In this document: piece after piece, positions 13,401 through 24,957 of the stretch
Layout: each line of letters begins with the position of its first letter
How positions within the stretch are numbered: position 1 is the stretch's first letter
Source of the DNA: the human T2T-CHM13v2.0 reference genome, Homo sapiens
Reading direction: 5' to 3' (one strand)
Length of the DNA stretch: 64,000 nt
NCBI RefSeq assembly: GCF_009914755.1
Contig: NC_060944.1
Notes under the pieces: model-generated
The model's database searches: none
The model's input: only the letters and a program-made list of their open reading frames with translations
What the model was told of the DNA's origin: nothing
Made by a program: the position numbers and the translations under genes

Positions 13401-13560
13401 AAGACTATACCTTGCTGTTGTCACTTACAAGCAGGGATCTGTTGGGGTTTGGAATTCTCTGTCTCAGCCCGGAGCCCAGAGTTCAGCGATAGCTGAATAC
13501 TGGTGCGAGCTCAGAAGCTTCCGTGTGCGGAGAACAAAGACTGAGGCGCTCTGGGGGGAG

Positions 13561-13581
13561 AGCGCTGTCCGAAGTGCTGAT
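13561..13581 (-). promoter_or_regulatory. Canonical RE1/NRSE (REST-binding) site ~2.4 kb upstream of exon 1
   Basis: The reverse complement ATCAGCACTTCGGACAGCGCT matches consensus TTCAGCACCACGGACAGCGCC at 17/21 positions, with correct half-site spacing. Confidence 0.75.
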
Positions 13582-15889
13582 CAGACTTCGGATCCACCCA
13601 CCGCTCAGGCCGCCTCCCAGGGGCTGAAGGGCGGCAGCCGAACCGGAGAGACGTGCCGGCGGCCGCTCTTCTGTCCTGCTCTTTTCCCTGGACTCCTTTG
13701 TCTTGACGGGGTCAGCTAAAGACTTCGAACCTTTACTCATCAAAGCTCATCTTCGGAAACTGCTCATAGCACTTTAACCTCCCGGTGGGAGCTCCCAGGG
13801 CGCCCTAGGTCCTGCCAGCAGGCACCGATTTCAAGTTTCCAGGCACATTCTGAATGCTCCTCCTGGCAGCGCCACAGAGGGTCTGGGGGCCCATTCCCGA
13901 CCCCCGGAGCGCCACACCTCAGGAGGCCTGTGATTGTTCAAAAGGGGAAGTGAGAAATGCCGAAAGACTTACGTTTTCACAAATACAATTTCTATTACCT
14001 GAAAAAACTGTTGTGCCCCACGAAGCCCGTGTTGCGCAGGTTCATCTCTCCTGCTGCCACCTCCGCTTCGCTGTGGTTTCTTAGGTGTGACTGTTGCATA
14101 TCTGAATTAAGTCGCTTTCATGAAACCTTGGGTGTCGTTGGGAAATAAGGCTGATTCAGCAACGGCCCTCCCTTTGATTCTGTATTCATCATGGAACAAT
14201 GGCCCGCAAGCCTGCCCGGAGCCTGCAGCCTGCCGATAAGAGTTTAATAGAATTTCTGAATGCCGAAGGTTTGGGGTGTAAGACATCCTAGCACTCACAG
14301 CATGTCCAGAGGAGACAGAAACGGCTTTTCAGGAGTGCTCTCAGCTGAATGTGTCCTTTTATACTAATGGATATAAGTTTATGACAGAAATTAAAAATGG
14401 TAGGCAGTCATTGTGGAAACCTCGAACTGTTCTCATTTGACTAATTAATATTTCATCCTCAGTTTGACCAGTGCAGGCTTGCATTTATGTCCTTGTGCTC
14501 AATCTGAACAATTGCTCTGTGTGCATTTTGTGTTTTATTTGTTGAGGATAATGTGTGCGTATAAGAATCTAAGATACTTGCCTTTGGGGTGAAGCTTTTG
14601 GTTTGTATGTAACGTGTAAAGCACAAACTGTATGTTAAAAATAAGCCACTAAGATTTTCAAAACATGCTCTCTTAGAGAAAGCTGTGTTCAGTTCTGCCT
14701 CAGTCACACTTTTGGTGGCCCGAGCCCTTTAGCGCTAATTAAGTTGGGGTATTGTGCTCTTGCATAATTTACCAAGAAATGATGTTTACTGTCTGTTGAA
14801 ATCTCTGCACTGAACTTCTGAGATGTGAGTTTTCTGCTTCTCCAGCTGCCCTTGGACGGCGGCATCTTTGCAGGCGTCTCACATTGAGTTTTCACCCTTG
14901 TGTTTCACAGTTTCATTTCTAACATCCTGATTATGATAATGGACAATCGTTTGCCTGATTTATCAGTACAAGAAGGAGATTTGGGCCGCAAACAAGAATA
15001 CTCTGGCTCTTGAGTTCTCTTACTGAAGAAATTCCCACTTTATCCCTGAATGTGGGGGAAAATATCACAAACTGGCAGATGAGAAGGCAGACAGTCAGGC
15101 TGCATAGAGAGTGGGTGAGCACTTCTATTGTGTGTGTTATGGATTTTTCTCTTCTTGATTTTCACTGGATAGCTCCTTTCAGGCCGTTTATAAAAGAATC
15201 AGGAAAAGAGCAGAAAACTTGGGCAGTGTGCTTCGCTCTGGTTGCAATAAACTTAGTCTTTTTGTGGGGGGGTTCCCATGCCCAGGAATCCCTGAGTTCT
15301 CTTTGGGAAGGTTTTTATTATTGTAAAAATTAAAGTGAAAAGGGAAAGTGTGAGAACAGAAAAATGTCTTTTCCTGATCTATTCTTTGTGTGCATGACTC
15401 TATTTTTTGGTCTGTGGCTATAGTTACCTTTTATGCCGTTAAAAAATACATATCCATTTAAGTCAGGGGTACTTGAATATGCAGATGAGCCGATATGTAA
15501 TATTCCTGGTTCATTTGAGTAATAAATTCTGCAGCCCGCTCTTTATGATGGTAGATCATATTCCTCACCACCAATAAATATTGTAAAGTACTTTCGCTGT
15601 AGCCATGCTAACCCGGGGCATCTGTCATTCCGGTTGCTGCTATTAGGAATTATTGGACTGAACCACTGGCAGAGAAAGCAGAGGGGGGTGAATGTGGTGG
15701 TTGTGATGCTCTCTGCCCTTTTGTGTGTTTTGCTTTTTAAAAAAACTCAATCATGCTGCACATTGAGTATGAATCAGTGTGGACAAACATAGGCACCTTC
15801 TGTTGGCCGAGGCTCAGAGCAGGACACAGGACTCCACCGGACTGGGACACCTCTCACCCCCAATTCAGCAGATCCATCTTTCTGATGCT

Positions 15890-15970
15890 ATACTGTAAAT
15901 TTATTTCACCTCAGAGAGTAAACAGATATATTGGAGCCCCAAGGGTTCATGGGTAGCGTATTTACAAAGG
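15890..15970 (+). promoter_or_regulatory. MYT1: MYT1 main core promoter region (CpG-poor)
   Basis: Forkhead motif GTAAACA (15918-15924), TATA-like GATATATT (15925-15932) and a second forkhead-like TATTTAC (15959-15965) next to the inferred start of exon 1. Confidence 0.5.
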
Positions 15971-16242
15971 AGCCTCCTCCGCCAGCCCGTGCCACCGCTG
16001 CTAATGAGAGCAGTCATTAAGTAAATGAGACGTCGCCTTTAGCTGGCTTAGGAGTTCGCACACTAAGGGGAGAAGATATTTAATTGAAACCCGCACGCAG
16101 GCTTCCCCACATGTGACCGCTGTACGGGAGGCAGCTGCCTTCCCTCTCCTCCCCCAGTCCACCCTGCACCCCCCATGTAAATTTCATGATTGCTTTCCGT
16201 GATGTCATTTTGAAAGAGGACAGACAATAGCTGTGGGGAAAG
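15955..16242 (+). other. MYT1: MYT1 non-coding exon 1 (5'UTR; 5' end approximate)
   Basis: Ends at the perfect donor AAG|GTAAGT (16242/16243) in a repeat-free block. The start is inferred from the upstream TATA-like element and my recollection of the mRNA. Confidence 0.7.
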
Positions 16243-19200
16243 GTAAGTCAACGTTACGTTCTTTCTGACAAAGGCAGATACCCAACGCTTGGCTTTTCCT
16301 CTTGGACAGAGACAGGGAGAGGGCGCGCGGGCAGAGTTAATTTCTAAGATGAAGGCTCTGTTTGCAGGAAAAGCAGGTCTGAGGATGGCTTTTTGAAACT
16401 GCTCTGGAGGACGGGGGCTTTCTTCTCCTCCCTGGCCTGCCGTGTGCTGTTTTTCTCCTGTCTCTCTGTTGTTCATGCTCCTCTGAGATTCCAGGGGACA
16501 TGTTGTGCGTCTGACAGAGGAGACATTAGGGGAAGGGGAGCGCATATCAAAACCAGAAACTTTATGCGCATTTCTGGAAGAGGAACAACGGATATGTCTG
16601 TGGCCGTGGGACCCAGCAGCCCCGTACCTGGGGAGAGCACTGGCCGCTTAAGCAGAAGACCTCTCTGAAGCAGGGTCTCAGAGTCTGGGGTGTGTCATGT
16701 GTGACCCCCACCCAAGGTACTGAGGAGAGGTGCTCACGTGAACGTTTTGTCTGCATGTCATGCATTTCTCAACTTAAGGATCAATATCTAGGGTGCATGC
16801 GTCTGTGGGATAGATGTGCAGAAGTAAATATCGGCCGCTCCTCTCAGCCCCTTTTTTCGCTACGTGTCCGTGCAGCTGTGGAGTGTGGTTGTTTATGGTG
16901 GTAGTGTAACTGGATTTTTGTATTTAAAACTAAAAATCAGGGTTAGCTAAGAAGTTGAACACCCTAATGCCATTGTCTGTAGTTCTGGGGCCGTGGACTT
17001 TGGTTCTGTCTATTGAATTCACTTTCTTCTCTATAAACCAGGAAAATAAACAAGTGCTGGTGGCTTTGTGTTGGAGTGGTGGGTTCTCACTGCTCCTCCT
17101 GAGTCACCAAGGGCTTTGCTTGTCTCAGCATCACCTTTGAATCAGTGGACACCATTGGCTGGTAAAGTTGGGTGTTTAATTTTGGAAACCAAACATTTGC
17201 GGTGGTGCGGGGGGTTCCGTGGCTGCAGGTGGGTTTGGTCCTGGGCATGGACTCTGTCACGATGATGATAATGGCAGCGATGATTATAATTATCCTTTTG
17301 GGAGAGGTCGGTGGAGAATTTTGCCCTTGCAGTTTTTTTTTTTCTTTTAAATCACAGAAAACTGAGGACACCTCTAACGCCAGTGGCTGAGTGCACAAAA
17401 GGTGGGAGGGATGTGGGGCAGACCTGGGGGGGCCCACTCGGTGCTGAGGGGTATGCTCTGCCTCTGTCTCCTCTGAGGTGCCGGCAGAGCCTGTCCTGGC
17501 CTCACTCTGGCCTGGGGAGTGGGGGTGCTGTATCCTCTACAGGGCTGACTGAGGGAGGCTCCCCTCGGCCCCCAGGCTCCCTGCCACCCCGGGCTCCCCT
17601 CCCATTGGTCCTTGGCTGTGATTATCGCCTCCTTCCATATGGCCCTGTTAATTAACGGTAAACAAAAGAGTAAGAGAGCAGGGATTGGAGTCCTGTGGTA
17701 CCAGCCAGGGTGCTGCTATCAGTAGAGGCAGGACCCTGCCCTGTCTCCCTCGGTAGCTGTTCCTTGTGCAGAGGAGGCTGGGTCAGGGCTTAGAGGGCAG
17801 TTTGTTTTCAAAGAGAAGGAGGCAGTCTTATGGATTCTTCTGTCCCGTAGAGACTGAGACTCCTACAGGGTCCCCCCGACCCCCTGGGCACCTGGACGTT
17901 TGCCGAACTTCCCAGGGGTACTTGCTGATCCAGGAGCTTGAGCAGGAGCCACAGAGAGTTGGACAAAGAGGCCTTTCTGCTCTGGAACAGCCTCGGCTCT
18001 GACCTCCTTGGGCCATGAATCCCTGAAGAGGGCCTGGTAGCCCTCTTCAGAGACCCGAGGCAGGGGGGCTGCTTCTGTCCAAAGTGCCACTCGAGGGTTT
18101 TTGTGACCCTCAGCCATTGCCCACAGATCTGGAGGTAGCCTCAGTTGTTCAGAGCTAATGCTCTGGCCCCTCTTGGAAGATTCTGGCAAAGGCAGTGGTC
18201 ACCTACTCCCTTGAATGCCCCTGGTGCATGAGTGGGGAAACACTCTCTGAGATGACCCCTTCTAGCCATGTGGGATGCAAAGTTGCTCTGGTCTGGGGGT
18301 TGCAGCAGCCTCTACTTGGAAGCTCTGTTAGTGCCGGAGATGTCAGGGAGAGGCTGGCAGAGGGTATGCGGCCACGGGGGTGCATGCTGGGCAGCTCTGG
18401 CAGCTGACCAACGGCAGCCTGGATGGTGGCTGGAGCTTGGCCTGTCCCTGCTGTGGATGTGGTGGGCGCTCTCCCTGGTGCTGCTCAGAGACTCACTCCC
18501 TTCCTCTCTGGCCTGGGGTCACTGAATGTGCAGACAATGACATTTGTGGTGGTGTGGTGGGTAGAGGAGACCCACACCACTCTGCACTGGGGAGACAGGG
18601 GTCAGAGCCTGACTAACTGTCTTCCTGGTGCTGCTCAGTCTGGTGATGTCTGGGCCGCTTGGAATGCCAGTTTGCACAACCCAGTACTGTGCAGAGAGAG
18701 CAGGAGAGGTTCCTGAAGACTGACAAAGTGCCAGAGAGAAACCCGGGGCCTCCAGCCGCTGCTCGGTGGCAGTGGGCGGGCTGGTGGGGGCTGAGCTCTT
18801 CCTGGACGGACTCAGTGCAAAAGGTGCGTCTACTTTGGAAAAGACTGAGCAAGGCTTGTGTCCACCCAGTCCCTCTGTCGGGGCTCAGGGTGGGGATGAG
18901 ACCGGGAACAACCAGAACACTTTGGTCAGCACCGGGCCTGGAGTAGATGAGGAGGTAGAGAACTGACCCAGCTGGTGGAACAGGGGTCAGGAGGTTAGCT
19001 GTGGGGTGGGTGGGGGCTGCTGGCGGTCACCTGATCTGCGAGCAGGCAGGGTACTGGACGGTCAGCCAGACTTTCATGTTACTCAGGCATCTTGAAGAGT
19101 GGATGCTCTGCCTGTCCCAATGCTGGAAGACACATCTCAGAGCCCCTCTTTTGTTGCCTGTTCTCTTGTAGGAACCTGGGCGGGAGAGTGGAGCAGGGTG

Positions 19201-22200
19201 CCCGCAGGGGCTGGGGGGGCTCTTCTCTTTCTTCCTCTCTCCCATCTTCCTCATCTTAGATCCTCCCCCTCTGCATTTTCCGTGTGAACTCCCTCATGAA
19301 TAAACCAGAAGTTAGTTGTCTACAGATGTAATTTTAACAGGAATGTTGTGGTGTGAGTTTACAGGAAAATGGTCTTTGGGAACCAGCATCATTAGATTAG
19401 TCAGACCGAGAAACGCCGTGTTTCCCAGAAGGGAAGAGAGCAGTGGCTGCCGTGCTGCTCCCCCGTGGGCTTCCTGCTCTTTGGGGACTGCGGGACCCAT
19501 CCCCGCTCCAGGACAGCCCCACTGGGGAGCCCACTGCCCAGCCCGGAGTGTCTGCTGGAGGCCTGGGGGGTGGAATGTGCTTTCACGGCCTCTTGAGGTT
19601 CCCGGCATTTTTCTGTCTTTCAGACCAAATTTCCCCAAACATCACTTTAAAAAACTCAAAACAAAAATGAGCAAGAGGAATTTCACCGGAATTAAAATGT
19701 TTTTGATCTCAGGCTTCCACGGAGCCAGCTTCAGAGAGAAGAGATTAATGGATACTTGCAAGTGGAAAGTGTAGTTTGAAAATGTCTTCCTGTTTCTCTT
19801 CAGTGTTACTGGAACTAACCAGATACAAGCGTGGAGTCTTTTCTCCCCAGGGTTAATGCCATTAGGAGCGTTCCTTGTGGGAAGATTGGTTTCACCCATC
19901 ACTTCATCCTTTTTTTTATTTTACAATTTGCACTTAAAAATGCAATGTTATTTTAATCGGGAACGAAAGTAACTCAGCGTGCTTTAATCTGCCCTGGCTG
20001 AGTACATCTGCCTTGGCCAGGATTGGAGTCCAGGCCTTGCAGAGGAGAGAGGATGTCGACACAGCTGTGGGTGTCTGTGGTCCTCCTGCCACCCCTTGTC
20101 CTGCAGCACCGGAAGCCTCCACTCAGCAGCCCCAACCTTCAAGAGAGTGACTTTGTGCTCTGGCAACTGAGTGTGTGGTTTGCCCTGGGGTTGCTTGGAG
20201 TTGATTGGATATGTTCCCTGTGCCTTGGGGTTTATTTGGGACTGTGGCCTGGGAGCACGGCCTGTGCCAGGAGGGTGCAGGTTGGATGGTCCTCAGGAAG
20301 TAGGCTGCAGCGCTCTGCAGGAGTCAGGGTGGCCAGGCAAGGTGGGGGTGAGCACTGGGGATCTGGATGCTCGGGAGGAAAGGTGGAGGCACCATATGGC
20401 CTGAGCTGCTGACAGATGAGCCTGCTGGCCCCACCTCTCTCTCACGCCTGGCTTCACACCTCCATCGTGTTCAACACTGGTCTGAGGGCTGGGGCAGAAG
20501 CCATCTGGGTCCTCTTCTTTTTTTCCATTTTGCTGCCTGCAATCCACACATCAGAGGAGGAGCGTGAGAAGAGGGGGCCCTGGGTCAAGGCGGTTGGAGC
20601 CTCTCACCTGGTCCTGGGGGACCCTCCATGTCTCCCTCAGGGACCCACAGAGCTGCCAGTGGCTGACCTGTCCTGCCTGAGTGGGAGGAGAGTGGGAGTT
20701 TGGATGCTCCATGGTGCACCAAGGCCTGCTTTAGAAGGCCCTAGAAGGTCCCTGAGACTCTCGGACCGCAAACTGACAGCAGCAGGTGCCTGGGGTGGCC
20801 TCCCAGTGAGCCAGAGCCACAGACCCGAGGCGCGTCCCCAATCCCGGTGTGCGCCTCGCTGAGCTAGCTTGTCAAAGCGCTTGGGTCTTTACACCTACAG
20901 GGTTTTTGGGTTCTGAAAATCAAATGGCTTTAGCAGTCCTGCTCTGTGGGCAGCCAAAGTGGCTCCTAACTGAAGGTGCTGCCCATTCTTTACAAGACTT
21001 AGAGCTGGGGGACAAGTTCCCTCTTGGCTCTGAGTTTCCCAGGATAACTGCCGTCCCAGGGAGCCCGGGGATGGTTCAGAGCAGCCTCCCAGTTACTGCT
21101 GACTGAATACTTGGTTGTCAGTCGCTCGTCAGCATGTGGGATTGTGCTCACCCTGCCCTTACCAAAGTTTTGTTTAGGGAAAAACAGAGATTTGAAATTG
21201 GGACGACTTACTATGGTTAACATTATTTTCATTGAGACTGGGCCTTAATCTTCGAATGGAACAAAAAATCTGACTTAGGTCGTAAGGGGGAGAGAAACAC
21301 GTTTGACGCTGTTATTTTAATCGTTGAGACTGTGCTAACTTGTTCAGTTCTCATGAACGTGTTCTGTACTGGACACTGAGGCTGGGAGGCAAATTAGCTT
21401 CCCAGGTGAGTGGTGTAGCTCGAATCTAAGATCTTTCCAGCACAGCCTCCCTCACAGTCCCACCCAGCCCCACCCAGCCTTCCTGCCGAGTGCCCCAGGC
21501 TGCCATGGAGGCTGCCCGCAGGCCACAGTATGACCCTCACTGCCCTCGTGTCTCTTCCTCACAGCCTGGGACATATCTAGAGCCTGTCCCCAGCATACCC
21601 TCCAACCTTATTCTCCGTCCCAAACTGGGTTGTTACCCACGATTCCCAAACATGCCTCCCTATCTCCCTTCATCTCCTGCAGCTGAATTTTTGCTTCTCT
21701 TTCAAGGCTTCTTACAGATGCCACCCCGGGCCCTCCTTTACTTACCTTTACTCTCACGTGTCTCACATTTGAAATCCCGCTCTCGGGATGCAATGTCTCT
21801 GCTGTGACATTGCATCAGACTGATGGGTATCCCTGCTTGCTTTCCGGGAGAGCCTGCAGGCAACCAGCTCTGGGGGCTGCTGGGCCTGAGGAAAGCATCC
21901 CAAGTCAAGGGGCTGCTGGACCCAATGGGGCACTGCAAGTCTGGACCAGGGAAGGATCCACATTTTAGCTTTGAGGTTGGAAGGACACTTGTGTTGGGAA
22001 GAAAAGCTACTTAAATGCTCAGTTGAGCAGTTCTGAATTATTCCTCCACTCTGTTCCTTCTTGAGGTTGAGCCCTGCCTTCTGGTTATTTGAGATCAAGT
22101 CCGCCTAGATAAAATGTTAGACTATTACTGCACATAAAAGAGGTACCTCTTACAGTCATTTTTTTTTAAGTGGTCTGATTTTGTTTTGGCTGGCTTATTT

Positions 22201-22349
22201 AGAGTTTTGTGCTTCCTCATTTTATTTCCACGAAGGCTGTGCCCAACCTTAGCCTCGGTGAGCCGTGACCCAGCCATGTCACCGATGCGTCAAAGTGGGT
22301 TGGCTGTGAGGCATTCATTCCCTCCCCATGACACAGATAGACAAATTGG

Positions 22350-22738
<389 letters not shown>

Positions 22739-23102
22739 AAATTTACCCAATTTTTAAGAGTTATGACGTGCTGCAAGCTTGCTGCCTTCCCTCATCCAGC
22801 GGTAAGTCCTGTAAGGAGTCTGCTTCCTAGGTGCATCAGCCAGATAGGGAAAACAAAGGGATTTGTTACTGAATGGCATTCAGGGAAGCAATCCCTAGAA
22901 GGCTGCCTGGAGCCTGTCTCGGGGAATCCGTTCCAGGACTCTGGGCCCTGCACCTCTTCCCTGTGGAGTGTCACCCACACCGGTGGCCTGGGCTTTGTCT
23001 GGCTGCAAATCGCACATGCGGCTTCTAAGTCAGAACCTGCTGCTGGATGTGGAGCTCCCTTCATCCCCAGGGTCTGAGCCTTTGTCCTTGGCTGACCCCT
23101 AT

Positions 23103-23442
23103 CCTCTGGCATCTGGAGGAACCCAAACCCTAACCCCTAACCTCTGGCATCTGGAGGAACCCAAACCCTAACTCCCTACACCTCTGGCATCTGGAGGAAC
23201 CCAAACCCTAACCCCTAACCTCTGGCATCTGGAGGAACCCAAACCCTAACTCCCTACACCTCTGGCATCTGGAGGAACCCAAACCCTAACCCCTAACCTC
23301 TGGCATCTGGAGGAAGCCAAACCCTAACCCCTAACCTCTGGCATCTGGAGGAACCCAAACCCTAACCCCCTACACCTCTGGCATCTGGAGGAACCCAAAC
23401 CCTAACCCCCTACACCTCTGGCATCTGGAGGAACCCAAACCC
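23103..23442. repeat. 38/40-bp minisatellite, ~8.7 copies, containing telomere-type CCCTAA hexamers
   Basis: Unit CCTCTGGCATCTGGAGGAACCCAAACCCTAACCCCTAA (38) or ...AC(T/C)CCCTACA (40); units start at 23103, 23141, 23181, 23219, 23259, 23297, 23335, 23375 and 23415. Confidence 0.95.
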
Positions 23443-24261
23443 ACTTCAATATAAGAGTTAGAGTCCAATTCCTCTTCCTGGAGAGCCCTCTGATGGCCTT
23501 GGGACCCTGGACCTGGTGAGCTCTCCCCCTGCCAGCCCCTCCTACTGGCCACCCACTTCCTGCCCAGTCACCCAGAGGCCAGGCCACCTCTGGTGTGGGT
23601 AAAGCGTTTGTGTTTTCCCCAAATGTGTTCTGTGTTGGCTCTCGTGTACTGACCACTGTCCATCCAGGCTGGGAAATTACCATACACATCCCCCCGCCCC
23701 CCACAATTTTTCTAAGCCTGTAGAGCAGCAGAGGGGGCTGCTCTGAGCCCTGGAGCTAGGGCTGCAGTTGGACCCATCAGAGAGCAGCTGCCTGGGCTTA
23801 CCCTACCCAAGCAGGGATTTGGGCAGGGGTCCTGCAGTTGGAGAGCCTGGGATTGGAGAAGGAAAACAGAACTGTTGTGAAAGCCAAAATCCCCAAGGGC
23901 TTTGAGGCCTGGGGATCTTCCCTCGAGCTCTCTCCCTTCTGAACTGCGGATGAGCCAGCGTGTGGGCTCATCCTGACCCTAAAGGGAATGTGAGATGCCC
24001 CTCCTAGTGGAATTTTGTCTTCAAGGCCTCAGTAAAATGTGGTTTTAAGGCAGAAGGAGATGGCCATTTCCTTTCTTTTTGGGCTGGAAAGCTGAACGGT
24101 TCTAAGAAAAATTTCTGGGACCAAGGAACGAAAATGCTGGAGCAGAATTCCAGAGCAGGACCTCTTGATCCCGCGAAGCCGACGTGTCTTCTGGGGAGTT
24201 CCCAAAGATCCATGGGGAAGACGCCCCCAAACCCAGTGCTGCTGGCTCTGGCCATACCCTC

Positions 24262-24550
24262 TTTTTTTTTTTTTTTTTTTTTTTTTGAAGATGGAGTCTC
24301 ACTCTGTTGCCCAGGCTGGAGTGCAGTGGCGTGATCTTGGCTCACTGCAACCTCCGCCTACTGGGTTCAGCAATTCTCCTGCCTCGGCCTCCTGCATGTG
24401 CCACCACACCTGGCTAATTTTTGTATCTTTAGTAGAGACAGGGTTTCACCATGTTGGTCAGGCTGGTCTTTAACTCCTGCCCTCAAGTGATCCACCCACC
24501 TCGGCCTCCCAAAGTGTTAGGATTACAGGCTTGAGCCACCATTCCTGGCC
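24262..24550 (-). mobile_element. Alu (AluS-type), antisense, small internal deletion
   Basis: T25 tail followed by GATGGAGTCTCACTCTGTTGCCCAGGCTGG...GAGCCACCATTCCTGGCC. Confidence 0.95.
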
Positions 24551-24957
24551 TCATACCCTCTTAATTCTTATCTTGCATCTGGAATACCTGTTGGACCAGG
24601 CCTGTTTCCATCACAGCCCCTTCTTATTGCCTTTGTGTTCTCTGTGTTCTACCCCTTCCCATACCCCAGGATTCAGGCAGGCGAGTCCAGTTGTGCCTGA
24701 TTGGAAAAAGTGTCTCTGATGGTGGCCCAGTGAGGCAAGGCCCATGGGTCAGCCTGGCCAATTTCCCTCCCCTCCTGAGCACCGTGGGAGGGTCAGGACT
24801 CAAGCAGCCCTCGGAGGCAGCAGTCACAGACAGAGGTGGGCTGTTGGACAGGTGCGGCTGATAGAGTGGGTGTCTTTTGTGGGCTTCTCCCCAGCCTGTG
24901 GCCTGGCCTAGTCAGTAGAGATGGTCAGGGGAGCAGGAGGGAGCCCATACCCCAGTG

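Noticed and set aside
18925-18945. Further RE1-like half-sites (TCAGCACC near 18927, 9228 and 50816)
   Set aside because: Only the left half is present, with no GGACAG-type right half at a plausible spacing.
23103-23442. True telomere or chromosome-fusion remnant
   Set aside because: There is no run of more than two TTAGGG, no head-to-head inversion and no TAR1-like flank. It was kept only as a telomere-like minisatellite.
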